A DNA stretch of 64,000 nt. Source: a virus. Lineage: Duplodnaviria > Caudoviricetes. The position numbers and the translations under genes are program-made. The notes under the pieces are model-generated. The model was not told the DNA's origin. It saw only the letters and a program-made list of their open reading frames with translations, and ran no database searches. Of the stretch, positions 1 through 8,606 are shown piece after piece. The stretch spans positions 34,887 to 98,886 of IMG/VR virus record IMGVR_UViG_3300032328_000581; one strand, given 5' to 3'. Positions within the stretch are counted from its first letter, which is position 1. Every line of letters begins with the position of its first letter.

Positions 1-1
1 C

Positions 2-304
2 TGCTAATCCTCGTGCTTTAAGTAAATGCAGGGCTACTTCAGGGTTAATTTTTTGAGTAGCTCGACGTTGGCGTTGTAGTGAAACATATCCTTCAACCTC
101 TTCTGGAAGTTCTAACCAGAAATGGCCCTTGTCATCTTCAAGGCCTTCTTGTTCAACAATATCCATTAATTGAGTTTTAATTACGGATTGTTGTTTTGTT
201 AAATCATCAATACGCTTTTTAAACCCAATAAACTCGCGTACTTGCGCCATTAATGAATTAGTTTCTACACGTACTGCTCTTGATGGTGGCTCTATTGTTG
301 CCAT
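2..304 (-). CDS. Hypothetical phage protein, 3'-truncated by window edge (MATIEPPSRAVRVETNSLMAQVREFIGFKK...)
   Basis: Manually translated; ATG at 304 with GGAGG RBS; open to window start; coiled-coil-like segment. Confidence 0.75.
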   Translation of the reverse strand, partial: MATIEPPSRAVRVETNSLMAQVREFIGFKKRIDDLTKQQSVIKTQLMDIVEQEGLEDDKGHFWLELPEEVEGYVSLQRQRRATQKINPEVALHLLKARGLA

Positions 305-371
305 TTGTACCCTCCTTTAGAGTATGTGGGTACACCCTAACACACGGGTACGACATCTCAAAACTGGGGAT

Positions 372-515
372 TTATTGGCGGACGTAGTCCTTCAAGGCGG
401 AAACAATCACGTCTGTAACTGTACGGCCCTCTATAGCGGCCTTTTCTTTAACGGCAGACCAAAGCTCAGGGGCTACCCGTATTGTGCGGGTAGGGGTTTT
501 AGGTAGATTAGGCAC
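372..515 (-). CDS. Ribbon-helix-helix DNA-binding protein (47 aa, not in ORF track)
   Basis: GTG start with AAGGAG RBS; MPNLPKTPTRTIRVAPELWSAVKEKAAIEGRTVTDVIVSALKDYVRQ matches the RHH pattern (TIRV strand, helix, G-x-T-x-T-D-V-I helix). Confidence 0.8.
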   Translation of the reverse strand: MPNLPKTPTRTIRVAPELWSAVKEKAAIEGRTVTDVIVSALKDYVRQ

Positions 516-525
516 GTATGACTCC

Positions 526-2145
526 TTAGCTGTTAACTTGCAAAAAAGCTCGAAGTGTGCCTACTGAGAGGTTAACTCCGCCCCGATCATTTATGCCTTG
601 CCCATCTAACACTGCGTCAGATACGGCTGTTTTCTGTATAAGCATCTCTCTTTGACGCTGTTCTAAAGAGTTTTCCATTAAAATGTCTTGGATTACAATT
701 TTTTCCCAGGTGCTAGATGCTCTCTTAATTCTACCATTTCTTTGTACCGCTAACCCGGCATTCCACGGCAAATCGTAATTAATTAACAGGTTAGCTTGAG
801 GTAGGTCTACGCCATAGCCTCCAGCATCAGAAGATATAAATAGACGACAATTAGGATCTGTTTGAAACCTTTCTTTTGCCTCTTCTTTCTGTTTAGCGTT
901 TAATTGGCCCGTATAGGTCACAGAATCATAGGGCAAGTATTCCTGTATAAGTTTAGTCATTCCCACAAAACTTGAAAAGATTACTACTTTGTTTCCATCA
1001 TATTGAGACAGAAAATCGTCTACATATTGTTTTAATACAACTAATTTTGGGCTTGATTTTAATCCGTCTAACAACCCTAAAGTTTTTAATTCAGATGCAT
1101 ATCCGGAGCCTCCGTGAAATCCAGGAATATTTATAGTGTTTCCATCAACTACTACGGCTCCGTCTTCAAACTTATTAGCACTTAATGCTAACAGCTGGGG
1201 GTCATCACAGAGAAGGCGTAGGCACGTCATTTTTGACATAATTAGGCCCCTAAGCTCATCCATCTGCCCACCTTGATCGCTTTGTTGCCCATAGTGAGAA
1301 AAGATATTAAATGAGGTTCCAAAAGTGTCTAGAGCTTCCTCTAAATTAAGAAGAAGATCTCGAACTATGTGTGTGTACAGTTTTCTTCCGGCCCTATCAA
1401 AGGGAACATATATAGGCTCGGAGTGTATTGTTTCTGGCAAGAAAGGGGCCACATCTGGATCAGACTGTTTCTTTCTTACGCAGGCGTTTAACAAAGTCTT
1501 ATTTAATAGTGGTAGATTTCTGTAACGTTCTACCCCGCCAAATTTATTCCTAATAATAAAGGTTGAATCAAAAAGATCAAATCTGCCCAGAACTTTAGGG
1601 TCAACAAACTGCATAATTGAGTAAAGCTCTTCTGGTTTTCCGTTTTCTACCGGTGTACCAGTAAGAGCAAATTTAACTGGGCTTTGAAGTTTCTTTACGT
1701 ACTTAGATCGTTTAGATCTGAAGCTTTTGACTGCAGTTGCTTCGTCGCAGACAATGAATCCCGTAGCGAGCTGTCGTACAGACTCCCAGTCGTTAACAAC
1801 TTGCTCGTAGTTAATAATGACGTAATCCACGAGTGAATGCCCCCAGTCAAGGGCTTGCTGGTATTGCTCAGCTCGCTGTTTCGGCGTTCCGTCAATGACC
1901 AAAGGTGTTGCAGATCCATCTGTAAACTTTCTAATTTGATCAGCCCACTGATATTTAAGGCTGGAAAGACAGACTATAACACCGGGCTCCCGGATTGAAC
2001 CGCTATCCTTAAGCGATTCGATAGCCGCGATGGTTAGTACTGTCTTCCCAAGCCCCAAATCATATGCAACGAGCATTTGTTTACGCTCGACCATTGCTTC
2101 TACGGCCTCTACTTGATACGGTAAAAGGGTTCCAGTAAAGGTCAC
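526..2145 (-). CDS. SNF2-family (DEAD/DEAH-like) helicase
   Basis: LLPYQ, DLGLGKT (motif I), CDEAT (II), LTGTP (III), GGYGVDL and QRNGRIKR (V/VI). Confidence 0.92.
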   Translation of the reverse strand: MTFTGTLLPYQVEAVEAMVERKQMLVAYDLGLGKTVLTIAAIESLKDSGSIREPGVIVCLSSLKYQWADQIRKFTDGSATPLVIDGTPKQRAEQYQQALDWGHSLVDYVIINYEQVVNDWESVRQLATGFIVCDEATAVKSFRSKRSKYVKKLQSPVKFALTGTPVENGKPEELYSIMQFVDPKVLGRFDLFDSTFIIRNKFGGVERYRNLPLLNKTLLNACVRKKQSDPDVAPFLPETIHSEPIYVPFDRAGRKLYTHIVRDLLLNLEEALDTFGTSFNIFSHYGQQSDQGGQMDELRGLIMSKMTCLRLLCDDPQLLALSANKFEDGAVVVDGNTINIPGFHGGSGYASELKTLGLLDGLKSSPKLVVLKQYVDDFLSQYDGNKVVIFSSFVGMTKLIQEYLPYDSVTYTGQLNAKQKEEAKERFQTDPNCRLFISSDAGGYGVDLPQANLLINYDLPWNAGLAVQRNGRIKRASSTWEKIVIQDILMENSLEQRQREMLIQKTAVSDAVLDGQGINDRGGVNLSVGTLRAFLQVNS

Positions 2146-2381
2146 AATGGGATCTCGTTTACTCTGTCTTTAGACCAATGTATGTAAGATCTTATATAGA
2201 CAAGAGCATACGCTAACGCTGAAAATATAAACCCGTACTGGTCGGTAGTTAATGCGTAAACAATCCATAAAACTTCGTTAAAAAGAAGGACTAACCAACC
2301 CCATATAGTTTTACGGCCTACAAAATAAATTCCACCAACACCAATAACTGCAAGGACCCAAGATCCATATTCCATAATCAT
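2142..2381 (-). CDS. Small membrane protein, PnuC-like (nicotinamide riboside transporter-like)
   Basis: About 3 hydrophobic segments, GRKTIWGWLV and YIRSYIHW patterns typical of phage PnuC-like proteins; ATGA overlaps with both neighbours. Confidence 0.6.
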   Translation of the reverse strand: MIMEYGSWVLAVIGVGGIYFVGRKTIWGWLVLLFNEVLWIVYALTTDQYGFIFSALAYALVYIRSYIHWSKDRVNEIPL

Positions 2382-2917
2382 ACGCGTGCCCTCATTCTCG
2401 TGTTAATTAAAGCTTTTAAGTCATCTATTGTACCGTTATTAACAAATATTTGATCAACTTTTTCTCCGTCCATTGCGGACTCAGAATCGTGTGAGTTTAC
2501 CGGGTCAACCCCTAAACGCTTTACGCGCCAAATTTGAGCGTTATCGTAATCGCGAATAGCTTTAGCTTCATTGGGGTACCGAACATCAGTAATAACGTAG
2601 TTAACTTCCCCAAACAATTGAAGTCCGTTTAACGCCTGCCGTACCCAAAACATATCCCCAAAAGTTTTACGGGCACCAACACCTAGGTCTTGAAGAAGGC
2701 GTCTGGCTTCGGGATAGTCAACCTTAACTCTGTCCCACCCGTACACGTCAACCAACCCCTTAACTCGATACCCCTCTTTAAGCATTGGGTTAGTGGCGTA
2801 TAACAGGTCACGTATGGGGTCAGCAAAAGCGACTCGTTGGTAACCGTAATTCTCTACAAGGATACTGGCTACCGTGTCTTTTCCTGACTGCGCATATCCG
2901 GTAAGTCCAATTATCAT
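2378..2917 (-). CDS. Deoxynucleoside monophosphate kinase
   Basis: IIGLTGYAQSGKDT P-loop, FADPIR, RRLLQDLG, ITDVRYPNE, HDSE motifs of T4 gp1-like dNMP kinases. Confidence 0.9.
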   Translation of the reverse strand: MIIGLTGYAQSGKDTVASILVENYGYQRVAFADPIRDLLYATNPMLKEGYRVKGLVDVYGWDRVKVDYPEARRLLQDLGVGARKTFGDMFWVRQALNGLQLFGEVNYVITDVRYPNEAKAIRDYDNAQIWRVKRLGVDPVNSHDSESAMDGEKVDQIFVNNGTIDDLKALINTRMRARV

Positions 2918-3036
2918 TTTGATCTCCTACATCCAGCACAAACTTTTTCAGGAATACTTGCTATTACTATAGTTTTACAATCTGTTGCCCAATTTCCGCA
3001 TTCGCTGCAATATCCTTTAGCCCCTACTTTTGACAT
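2914..3036 (-). CDS. Small zinc-finger protein (40 aa, not in ORF track)
   Basis: MSKVGAKGYCSECGNWATDCKTIVIASIPEKVCAGCRRSK; two CxxC; fills the gap with an ATGA overlap to the kinase. Confidence 0.6.
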   Translation of the reverse strand: MSKVGAKGYCSECGNWATDCKTIVIASIPEKVCAGCRRSK

Positions 3037-4006
3037 TTAGTGATCCCTTCAACATAACGCAGTGCGTTGCGTGTTCTATTCCAAATACTACCTCATCTGG
3101 AGTCATTTCTCCAATATCCTTAGCTGTTGAGCTGCCGTAATTAAATGCCCAAAACTCTAGGCCGTTTTCCCGAGCAACAGATATAAAAGACTCTAACGCC
3201 GCTTTTCCCGCAGCGTCAACGTTTGGGTTATCAAAAGCAAGTATGAGCTTGTCTGCACGCTTCATAAGATCTATCTGAGCTGCGCTTACAGTAACCCCAC
3301 ATAAAGCTACGCCCTCTGTTGAATTTCGACAGACCCCAACCTTTACTGCGTCTAGTGGGGACTCAACAACAACCATAGTTGGGCCTGCCCATTCCCTTAT
3401 GCCAAATAAAGTTTTAGACTTTTGTATTCCGGGAGGTCGATTAAAGAAATGCTTGTGTCCCTGGCCCTTTTCCTGCCACCCCATCAAACCACCAGTATCT
3501 GCGTTTCTTATGGGAATAATCCAGATAGATTTGTTGTTATCCCATTTAACTGAGTAAGTTTTGCAAGACTCCAGTGTTAAGCCCCTAGCAGATAATGCTG
3601 AGTCTATAGGATCAATAAATACAGCTAATCTTGCCTCGCCCATAGCAACCGGCGGGCGTAGACGCACATAGTTATTTTTAGCGTCTTCCATTTGACGAAC
3701 TAACTGAGTTAAATCAACATCTACTTGAGTAGTAAGCCAACCCTTTGCTGCCTCAAAATCTAACAAACCAAAAGAAGTCTTAAATTGTTTTAACTCTGCA
3801 ACTAGACTTAGAAGAGTTCCCCGATACCCGCAAGAAAAACAATGATGTACTCCAGTTTCTTGATTCATAGACCAAGAAGGGTTTATGTCTTCTCTTCCAG
3901 TACGCTCTTTATGCAGGGGGCAATGACTCTGGAGCTCGTTACGTACCTCTGAGCAGTCTATGCCCAGCTTTAAAAGAGCTTTATGAACCTCACCCTCGCG
4001 GTACAC
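3017..4006 (-). CDS. DNA primase (CHC2 zinc finger + Toprim)
   Basis: CPLH...CFSC zinc-binding domain, VVVESPLD and LAFDN Toprim motifs; GTG at 4006 preferred to 4030. Confidence 0.88.
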   Translation of the reverse strand: MYREGEVHKALLKLGIDCSEVRNELQSHCPLHKERTGREDINPSWSMNQETGVHHCFSCGYRGTLLSLVAELKQFKTSFGLLDFEAAKGWLTTQVDVDLTQLVRQMEDAKNNYVRLRPPVAMGEARLAVFIDPIDSALSARGLTLESCKTYSVKWDNNKSIWIIPIRNADTGGLMGWQEKGQGHKHFFNRPPGIQKSKTLFGIREWAGPTMVVVESPLDAVKVGVCRNSTEGVALCGVTVSAAQIDLMKRADKLILAFDNPNVDAAGKAALESFISVARENGLEFWAFNYGSSTAKDIGEMTPDEVVFGIEHATHCVMLKGSLNVKSRG

Positions 4007-4265
4007 AGCAGCCACAGCAATTCGTCTCATGATCTATCTTTACAACTATGTCGTTGTTAATTTCATCTGGATCTGGGTGTCCTACGCCGTGAGTGCATAC
4101 GCGCTGCATGCAAAATATCATAGGATTCCATATTTGAGGAAAAGAACGCATATGGTGATCAGAACGATTGTGAATAGTGCAGTATGGTCCTCGGCAAGCA
4201 CCTTTAGAGTGAGCTCGCTTAAAAACCATTTCAGAGTGCTCTAATTTAATTACTTCAGGACTCAT
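3990..4265 (-). CDS. Cys/His-rich hypothetical protein
   Basis: CRGPYCTIHN, CTHGVGHPDPD, CCGCC; overlaps both neighbours. Confidence 0.7.
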   Translation of the reverse strand: MSPEVIKLEHSEMVFKRAHSKGACRGPYCTIHNRSDHHMRSFPQIWNPMIFCMQRVCTHGVGHPDPDEINNDIVVKIDHETNCCGCCVPRG

Positions 4266-4480
4266 ATATTTCCCCTATCTAATGGTGTAGGTGCTTTTGC
4301 GTACGTCCCGCAAATTGCACATTCCATGTCTAAAAGATACTGCGATATTTCATAATCTTCAAAACTTGCGTGTATACGCCAGAGGTTGGACTCACAATGC
4401 GGACAGTCGTGGCATACGACATTTTCATACTCCATGCTGCCGGTGTAATCCGGCTTTAATTGCCTAAAAGACTTACTCAT
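4262..4480 (-). CDS. Small zinc-ribbon protein
   Basis: CPHC...CAIC; ATGA overlaps. Confidence 0.7.
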   Translation of the reverse strand: MSKSFRQLKPDYTGSMEYENVVCHDCPHCESNLWRIHASFEDYEISQYLLDMECAICGTYAKAPTPLDRGNI

Positions 4481-4740
4481 CTACTAACCCTATGTCTAGC
4501 TCCACGCATTCTTATTCTTTGGCGAGGAGTAGTCCCACCCCAGATTCCGTCTAACCAAGGAGTCTTTATTGCGTACTCCAAGCATTCATTAATGAGCGGA
4601 CAAGCCGAGCAAATACTCTTAGCTTCTTTAAGAATTTCGGGGTCTGTGTATTCTTCTGGAAAGAAAAGGTTAGAATTTAAATCATTACATAGCTGAGTGC
4701 CATTAAATGGATAATCAGAGTACTCGATATTAAGCTCCAT
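4477..4740 (-). CDS. whiB: WhiB-family Fe-S transcription factor
   Basis: C...FFP...AKSICSACPLINECLEYA...GIWGGTTPRQR: four-Cys pattern plus G[IV]WGG turn; start set at MELNIEY (4740). Confidence 0.93.
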   Translation of the reverse strand: MELNIEYSDYPFNGTQLCNDLNSNLFFPEEYTDPEILKEAKSICSACPLINECLEYAIKTPWLDGIWGGTTPRQRIRMRGARHRVSR

Positions 4741-5950
4741 ATTCTTGAAACTTCCCCTCTTCCCAATCCCAAAGTAGTTCAACTTCCGCTGGACCACAGT
4801 TACGGCTAGCAACAATGCGAAGTAAACGAGAAGTATCGTCTTCCTCATCTTGTCGCTGTAAAGCAAAGATCACGTCTGAGTCCTGGTGGAACGAAGACGA
4901 ATACCCAATAGAGTCTGCAGTTACTTGACCCTTTTTCATTTTGTAACTTAATACCTGCGTGCTCTGTACAATAGGGATCTCATACTTTTGAGCAAGGCGT
5001 TTCATAGATTGAGTAATGTTTTTAAGAGCTAACGGGGTTCCGCGCTCTTGGCTAATTTCGTCAAACATCAAATACACACCGTCTACAAAAAGAATTTGTG
5101 GGCGAAGCTTTTCGAGCTTTATAGCTAACTGAGAAACAGTTGCTCCGGAGATAGACTCTGTTAAATAGAACTTATGCATACCTTCCATATCAGTAAGCAT
5201 CTTTTGATAACGAGTTTCTTCAGAAGGATTAAGCGCTCCCCTAACCATACGTCCGTGTGAAATGTGCGCTCGCATAGCGTCATGGCGATGCTGTTGCTCT
5301 AAGTTACTCATCTCAAAAGACTGAAACATAGGTACAAACCCGTCGTTGTGGACGTTAACCGCCATCTGCATTGCAAGAACAGACTTACCTGTTTTAGGTG
5401 GGGCAATAATAGTTACAAGTTGTCCGGGCTGTAATCCTGCTGTTGCCATATCCATTACCTGAAATCCAGTAGCAATACCGAGCAAACCATTAGGACGAGT
5501 TTTAATATCTAAGTACTCTTGATAGCGATTCATCGCATCTTTGGTTAGGTCAATTTCTGTTGCGGATCCTGAACCCTCGTCTATAAGAGTTGCAAAACCC
5601 TGACCCATAATTTTAATGGCAGAGTTGTGATCTCCGACAGCAATTGCATCTGCAGCCTGCTGAACAACTTCAATAGATTTTTGGCGTTTTCTAAATTCTA
5701 TTAGTTGATCTAATAAATAATCTAAGGAGTCGTCTACAGCTAATAGTTTATAAGTGGGGAAGTTATCTAATACTGTAGTTGCTGTAGGTACTTCTTGATA
5801 CTTAGTCCAGTGGTTTCTTAAAAAATCCCATATAAGTCTGCTGTCTTCATTAAAGAACCAGCTACTCTCAACACCGCGCTCTAAGAGGGAAGAGATGTCT
5901 CTAGTGCGAATAGCACGCGATATTAATCTGACTTCATTATCTGCGGCCAT
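4730..5950 (-). CDS. dnaB: DnaB-like replicative helicase
   Basis: GIATGF, APPKTGKS Walker A, SFEMS, VDGVYLM, QDSDVI, SRN. Confidence 0.9.
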   Translation of the reverse strand: MAADNEVRLISRAIRTRDISSLLERGVESSWFFNEDSRLIWDFLRNHWTKYQEVPTATTVLDNFPTYKLLAVDDSLDYLLDQLIEFRKRQKSIEVVQQAADAIAVGDHNSAIKIMGQGFATLIDEGSGSATEIDLTKDAMNRYQEYLDIKTRPNGLLGIATGFQVMDMATAGLQPGQLVTIIAPPKTGKSVLAMQMAVNVHNDGFVPMFQSFEMSNLEQQHRHDAMRAHISHGRMVRGALNPSEETRYQKMLTDMEGMHKFYLTESISGATVSQLAIKLEKLRPQILFVDGVYLMFDEISQERGTPLALKNITQSMKRLAQKYEIPIVQSTQVLSYKMKKGQVTADSIGYSSSFHQDSDVIFALQRQDEEDDTSRLLRIVASRNCGPAEVELLWDWEEGKFQEYGA

Positions 5951-6360
5951 TACATTCTCCCCATATCTAAATATTTTGCGCCGTATCTAAGACTTCTACT
6001 GGGTATGTCTACCACATATTTAAGTTCAGGTCTATATGGGAGTTCGCCAACTAGATCCGCTACTACCGGATAACTATTTGTGTAGTTAAAGGGGTTAGTA
6101 CCTAGATTGTCTAGATCCTCCATAATTTCTTTCATTTCTTTTCTTGTATAGCCAAAGCCAACAAGTTCCATACTAAAATCATTTTTCTGTGCAAATCTCC
6201 AGAATAAAGATAGAGCTACTCTATTGTAGGTAACTTCTTCTGTATGTAGAGTTATTAAGCCGGCTAAAGTTTTCTTTACTGCGGGCCGCTTATTTAATAT
6301 GCAATCAAGTGTTACAACTACACGAAGAGGTACTTCGTTAGAGATGTCTCCTTTTTGCAT
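5950..6360 (-). CDS. Hypothetical replication-module protein
   Basis: 136 aa ORF, TAATG-coupled to the helicase. Confidence 0.7.
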   Translation of the reverse strand: MQKGDISNEVPLRVVVTLDCILNKRPAVKKTLAGLITLHTEEVTYNRVALSLFWRFAQKNDFSMELVGFGYTRKEMKEIMEDLDNLGTNPFNYTNSYPVVADLVGELPYRPELKYVVDIPSRSLRYGAKYLDMGRM

Positions 6361-6364
6361 AACA

Positions 6365-6673
6365 TTACAGTACCAAAGGTTTTCCGTATTTCAAAATTAA
6401 TTCTCTAAAAGCCTCTACTGAGGTTTCGGCTGCGTCAATCTCTTCTCTAGGAATTACCTTAGACGTAATCTCTATTGGGTACATACCTTCGCTAAGCCGA
6501 GATTTACACCAATTTACGTGGCGGCATACATTTCTTCCGGTAAACCCGTCACAAGAACAGCGAAGGCTGGAGTCAGTATAAATCTGTACTTCGCAGACCC
6601 CTGTAGTTGAAATAAAAAACTGTATGGTCTTCCAACCTGGAAGCTGTGACTTCTTAAAGTTATTCTTTTTCAT
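6365..6673 (-). CDS. SWIM-type zinc-finger protein
   Basis: CSCDGFTGRNVCRH = CxC...CxH; start set at MKKNNF. Confidence 0.7.
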   Translation of the reverse strand: MKKNNFKKSQLPGWKTIQFFISTTGVCEVQIYTDSSLRCSCDGFTGRNVCRHVNWCKSRLSEGMYPIEITSKVIPREEIDAAETSVEAFRELILKYGKPLVL

Positions 6674-7349
6674 TTCTTCTCCGATCTCCTTTTGGAGCAT
6701 TTACAACTAAGGGTATAAACGCTTCGTGTATAAAACTGGACATAGGCTCACCATACACAGTTTCCCAATCTTTTGTCGGAACGTTTGTTGTAATTATCGT
6801 TGGCAAGCCCGAATTAAATCTAGAGCGCAGAAGGGCGTCAAAGGTATTCTCAGCCCATCCGGTAGCAGTCCGGTACTCCTTGCCTAGGTCGTCCAACACA
6901 AACAGCTGTAGGTTCTCTACAGGGCTTAGATCCCCAAAGATTGCATCTATCTCTCTTTGGTCTGATTCGTTCTCTTCATCCCACTGAGCCTTCTGAGTAC
7001 GCAAAAGCTTTGGATAGTCCATAAAAGCCCCCAGGCGAGGAGGTAGGGCTTCCGTTGGGCCGTATAAACGATCGGGAATGGCCCTAATAAGGCTTTGAAG
7101 GGCCACAGAAGCTATCGTGGTCTTTCCGTGACCCGGTTTACCTACTAAAAGGATGCCAAGGCCGCAGATAGGGGATCCAGGGGTTCTAATGACCTTTCCA
7201 GATAGAACTGACTCCGTCCAAGCCATGACCTGGGTTTTGGTGTCAGAGTCGTCTAAGTCTGAGAATTCCATACCTAGGGTTTTTACTGGAACACCTGAAC
7301 GGCTAAGGCGACTTCTAGTGCTTGGGCGTTCTTGGCTAAGGTCGTACAT
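6660..7349 (-). CDS. DnaC/IstB-like AAA+ helicase loader
   Basis: GKPGHGKT Walker A, LFVLDDLGKE Walker B, RFNSGLPTIITTN. Confidence 0.88.
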   Translation of the reverse strand: MYDLSQERPSTRSRLSRSGVPVKTLGMEFSDLDDSDTKTQVMAWTESVLSGKVIRTPGSPICGLGILLVGKPGHGKTTIASVALQSLIRAIPDRLYGPTEALPPRLGAFMDYPKLLRTQKAQWDEENESDQREIDAIFGDLSPVENLQLFVLDDLGKEYRTATGWAENTFDALLRSRFNSGLPTIITTNVPTKDWETVYGEPMSSFIHEAFIPLVVNAPKGDRRRNEKE

Positions 7350-8302
7350 TAGTTACCTCCAAGTAGTTTTAACATTTTTTCTTGGTGTGCCAAGAAGTTG
7401 TCGTCAACATACTCGACCTCAGACTTTGTTGTCAACCCGTGAATTGTTGGGTAGTAAGCAATAAAGCGACGCCACATTGGAGTTCCTACTCCGGAGTTGT
7501 GTAAGTTTCTAGGGTCAGCAAAAAACATTCTGATCCCCTTTAAGATTGAAGATCTGTGTACGCCTTGACCAACAAGCTTATTCATCCAGCTAATTAAAGA
7601 CTTGCCGTTGACTTGTCCTGGAATGCCGGGACAGTGTTCGCGGATCTTGTCATAGAACTCAGCAATCAAATCATCCGTAGTCCAGTTGTCTTCTAGACGC
7701 TCGTATCTGCGCATAGATGCCGGAACGGCTTCAAAGGTTGTTGCTTTGTACTTCAAGTTAATCTTTGCCTGCTTATCTTGGATTTTTCCGATAGCCCCAG
7801 AATCTGAGTCTTCTACAAAACCGCGCTGTTTCTTCTTAGGCTCTTCGCCTTCTTCCAGAATTGGCCAACCCATTTCAACCTCCTTGGTTATCGGGGCACC
7901 CGATTGATTAGAATTACGTAGTAATTCTAATTCTTTATAGCTCTCTAATGACTTACTACTAGTAGTGACTGGTTCACCGACGTACGGAATTCCAGGCGTC
8001 GGTAAATTAGGCGTCGGTACTGGTTGGTAATTCCAGTTAAAAAGGTCTACGTACTTCTTTCCTAGTTCAGTAAACTTAAGTGAAGTAACCCATCGCCCAT
8101 TAGACGTTTGTTCTTTTACGGCCTTTATATACCCTGAACGTTTTAGCTCAGTCATTGCCGACCTAATTGCGTCTCGGCCCTCATTCATATAATTGCCTTC
8201 TTGAATTTCACTAGAAGACATAACTCTTCCTACAGTGGCAAATAACATCCACGTAGCCCTGGCTAATCCCGACAGGTGTGGGTTTGTATTTGGTGCGTTC
8301 AT
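7349..8302 (-). CDS. Replication initiator protein (N-terminal winged HTH)
   Basis: LSGLAR...EGRDAIRSAMTELKRSGYI wHTH; directly upstream of a DnaC-like loader; ATG 8302 has a GAGGAGG RBS. Confidence 0.72.
   Translation of the reverse strand: MNAPNTNPHLSGLARATWMLFATVGRVMSSSEIQEGNYMNEGRDAIRSAMTELKRSGYIKAVKEQTSNGRWVTSLKFTELGKKYVDLFNWNYQPVPTPNLPTPGIPYVGEPVTTSSKSLESYKELELLRNSNQSGAPITKEVEMGWPILEEGEEPKKKQRGFVEDSDSGAIGKIQDKQAKINLKYKATTFEAVPASMRRYERLEDNWTTDDLIAEFYDKIREHCPGIPGQVNGKSLISWMNKLVGQGVHRSSILKGIRMFFADPRNLHNSGVGTPMWRRFIAYYPTIHGLTTKSEVEYVDDNFLAHQEKMLKLLGGN
7907..8019. promoter_or_regulatory. Candidate replication origin inside the initiator gene
   Basis: Direct repeats AGGCGTCGGTA (7994-8004, 8009-8019), inverted half copy ACCGACG (7976-7982), palindrome ACTACTAGTAGT (7955-7966), AT-rich 11-bp inverted repeat 7907-7931. 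Confidence 0.5.
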
Positions 8303-8321
8303 CTGCCCTCCTCTTTTAATT

Positions 8322-8597
8322 TTAGATCTTTTCAACCTTTTGGGGTAGTCCCCTAAATTCTCGAAGCGATATTCCGGTGAAAGTTTGCTCTACGACTATG
8401 GACATTGTCAAACCCAAAAAAGTAGCCGCTAAAGAGTAGACCAGTAGAAATTGCAGGCTACACCCTAAAAGTATACAAAAAGGGACAGAAAGGGCTAAAG
8501 CTAATAAACCTCGCCATTTACCTATAGAAAATATCAAACTTTCTACGGCAGACAGAACACACGCAACAGCAAGCGAAACAATAAAAACTGTTGTCAT
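8322..8597 (-). CDS. Small membrane protein, possible holin
   Basis: Three hydrophobic segments and a charged C-terminus; at the end of the structural operon. Confidence 0.5.
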   Translation of the reverse strand: MTTVFIVSLAVACVLSAVESLIFSIGKWRGLLALALSVPFCILLGCSLQFLLVYSLAATFLGLTMSIVVEQTFTGISLREFRGLPQKVEKI

Positions 8598-8606
8598 TTA
8601 ATGATC

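Noticed and set aside
324-506. Plus-strand 60-aa ORF
   Set aside because: Antisense to a better-supported RHH gene (372-515, minus) that has a good RBS.
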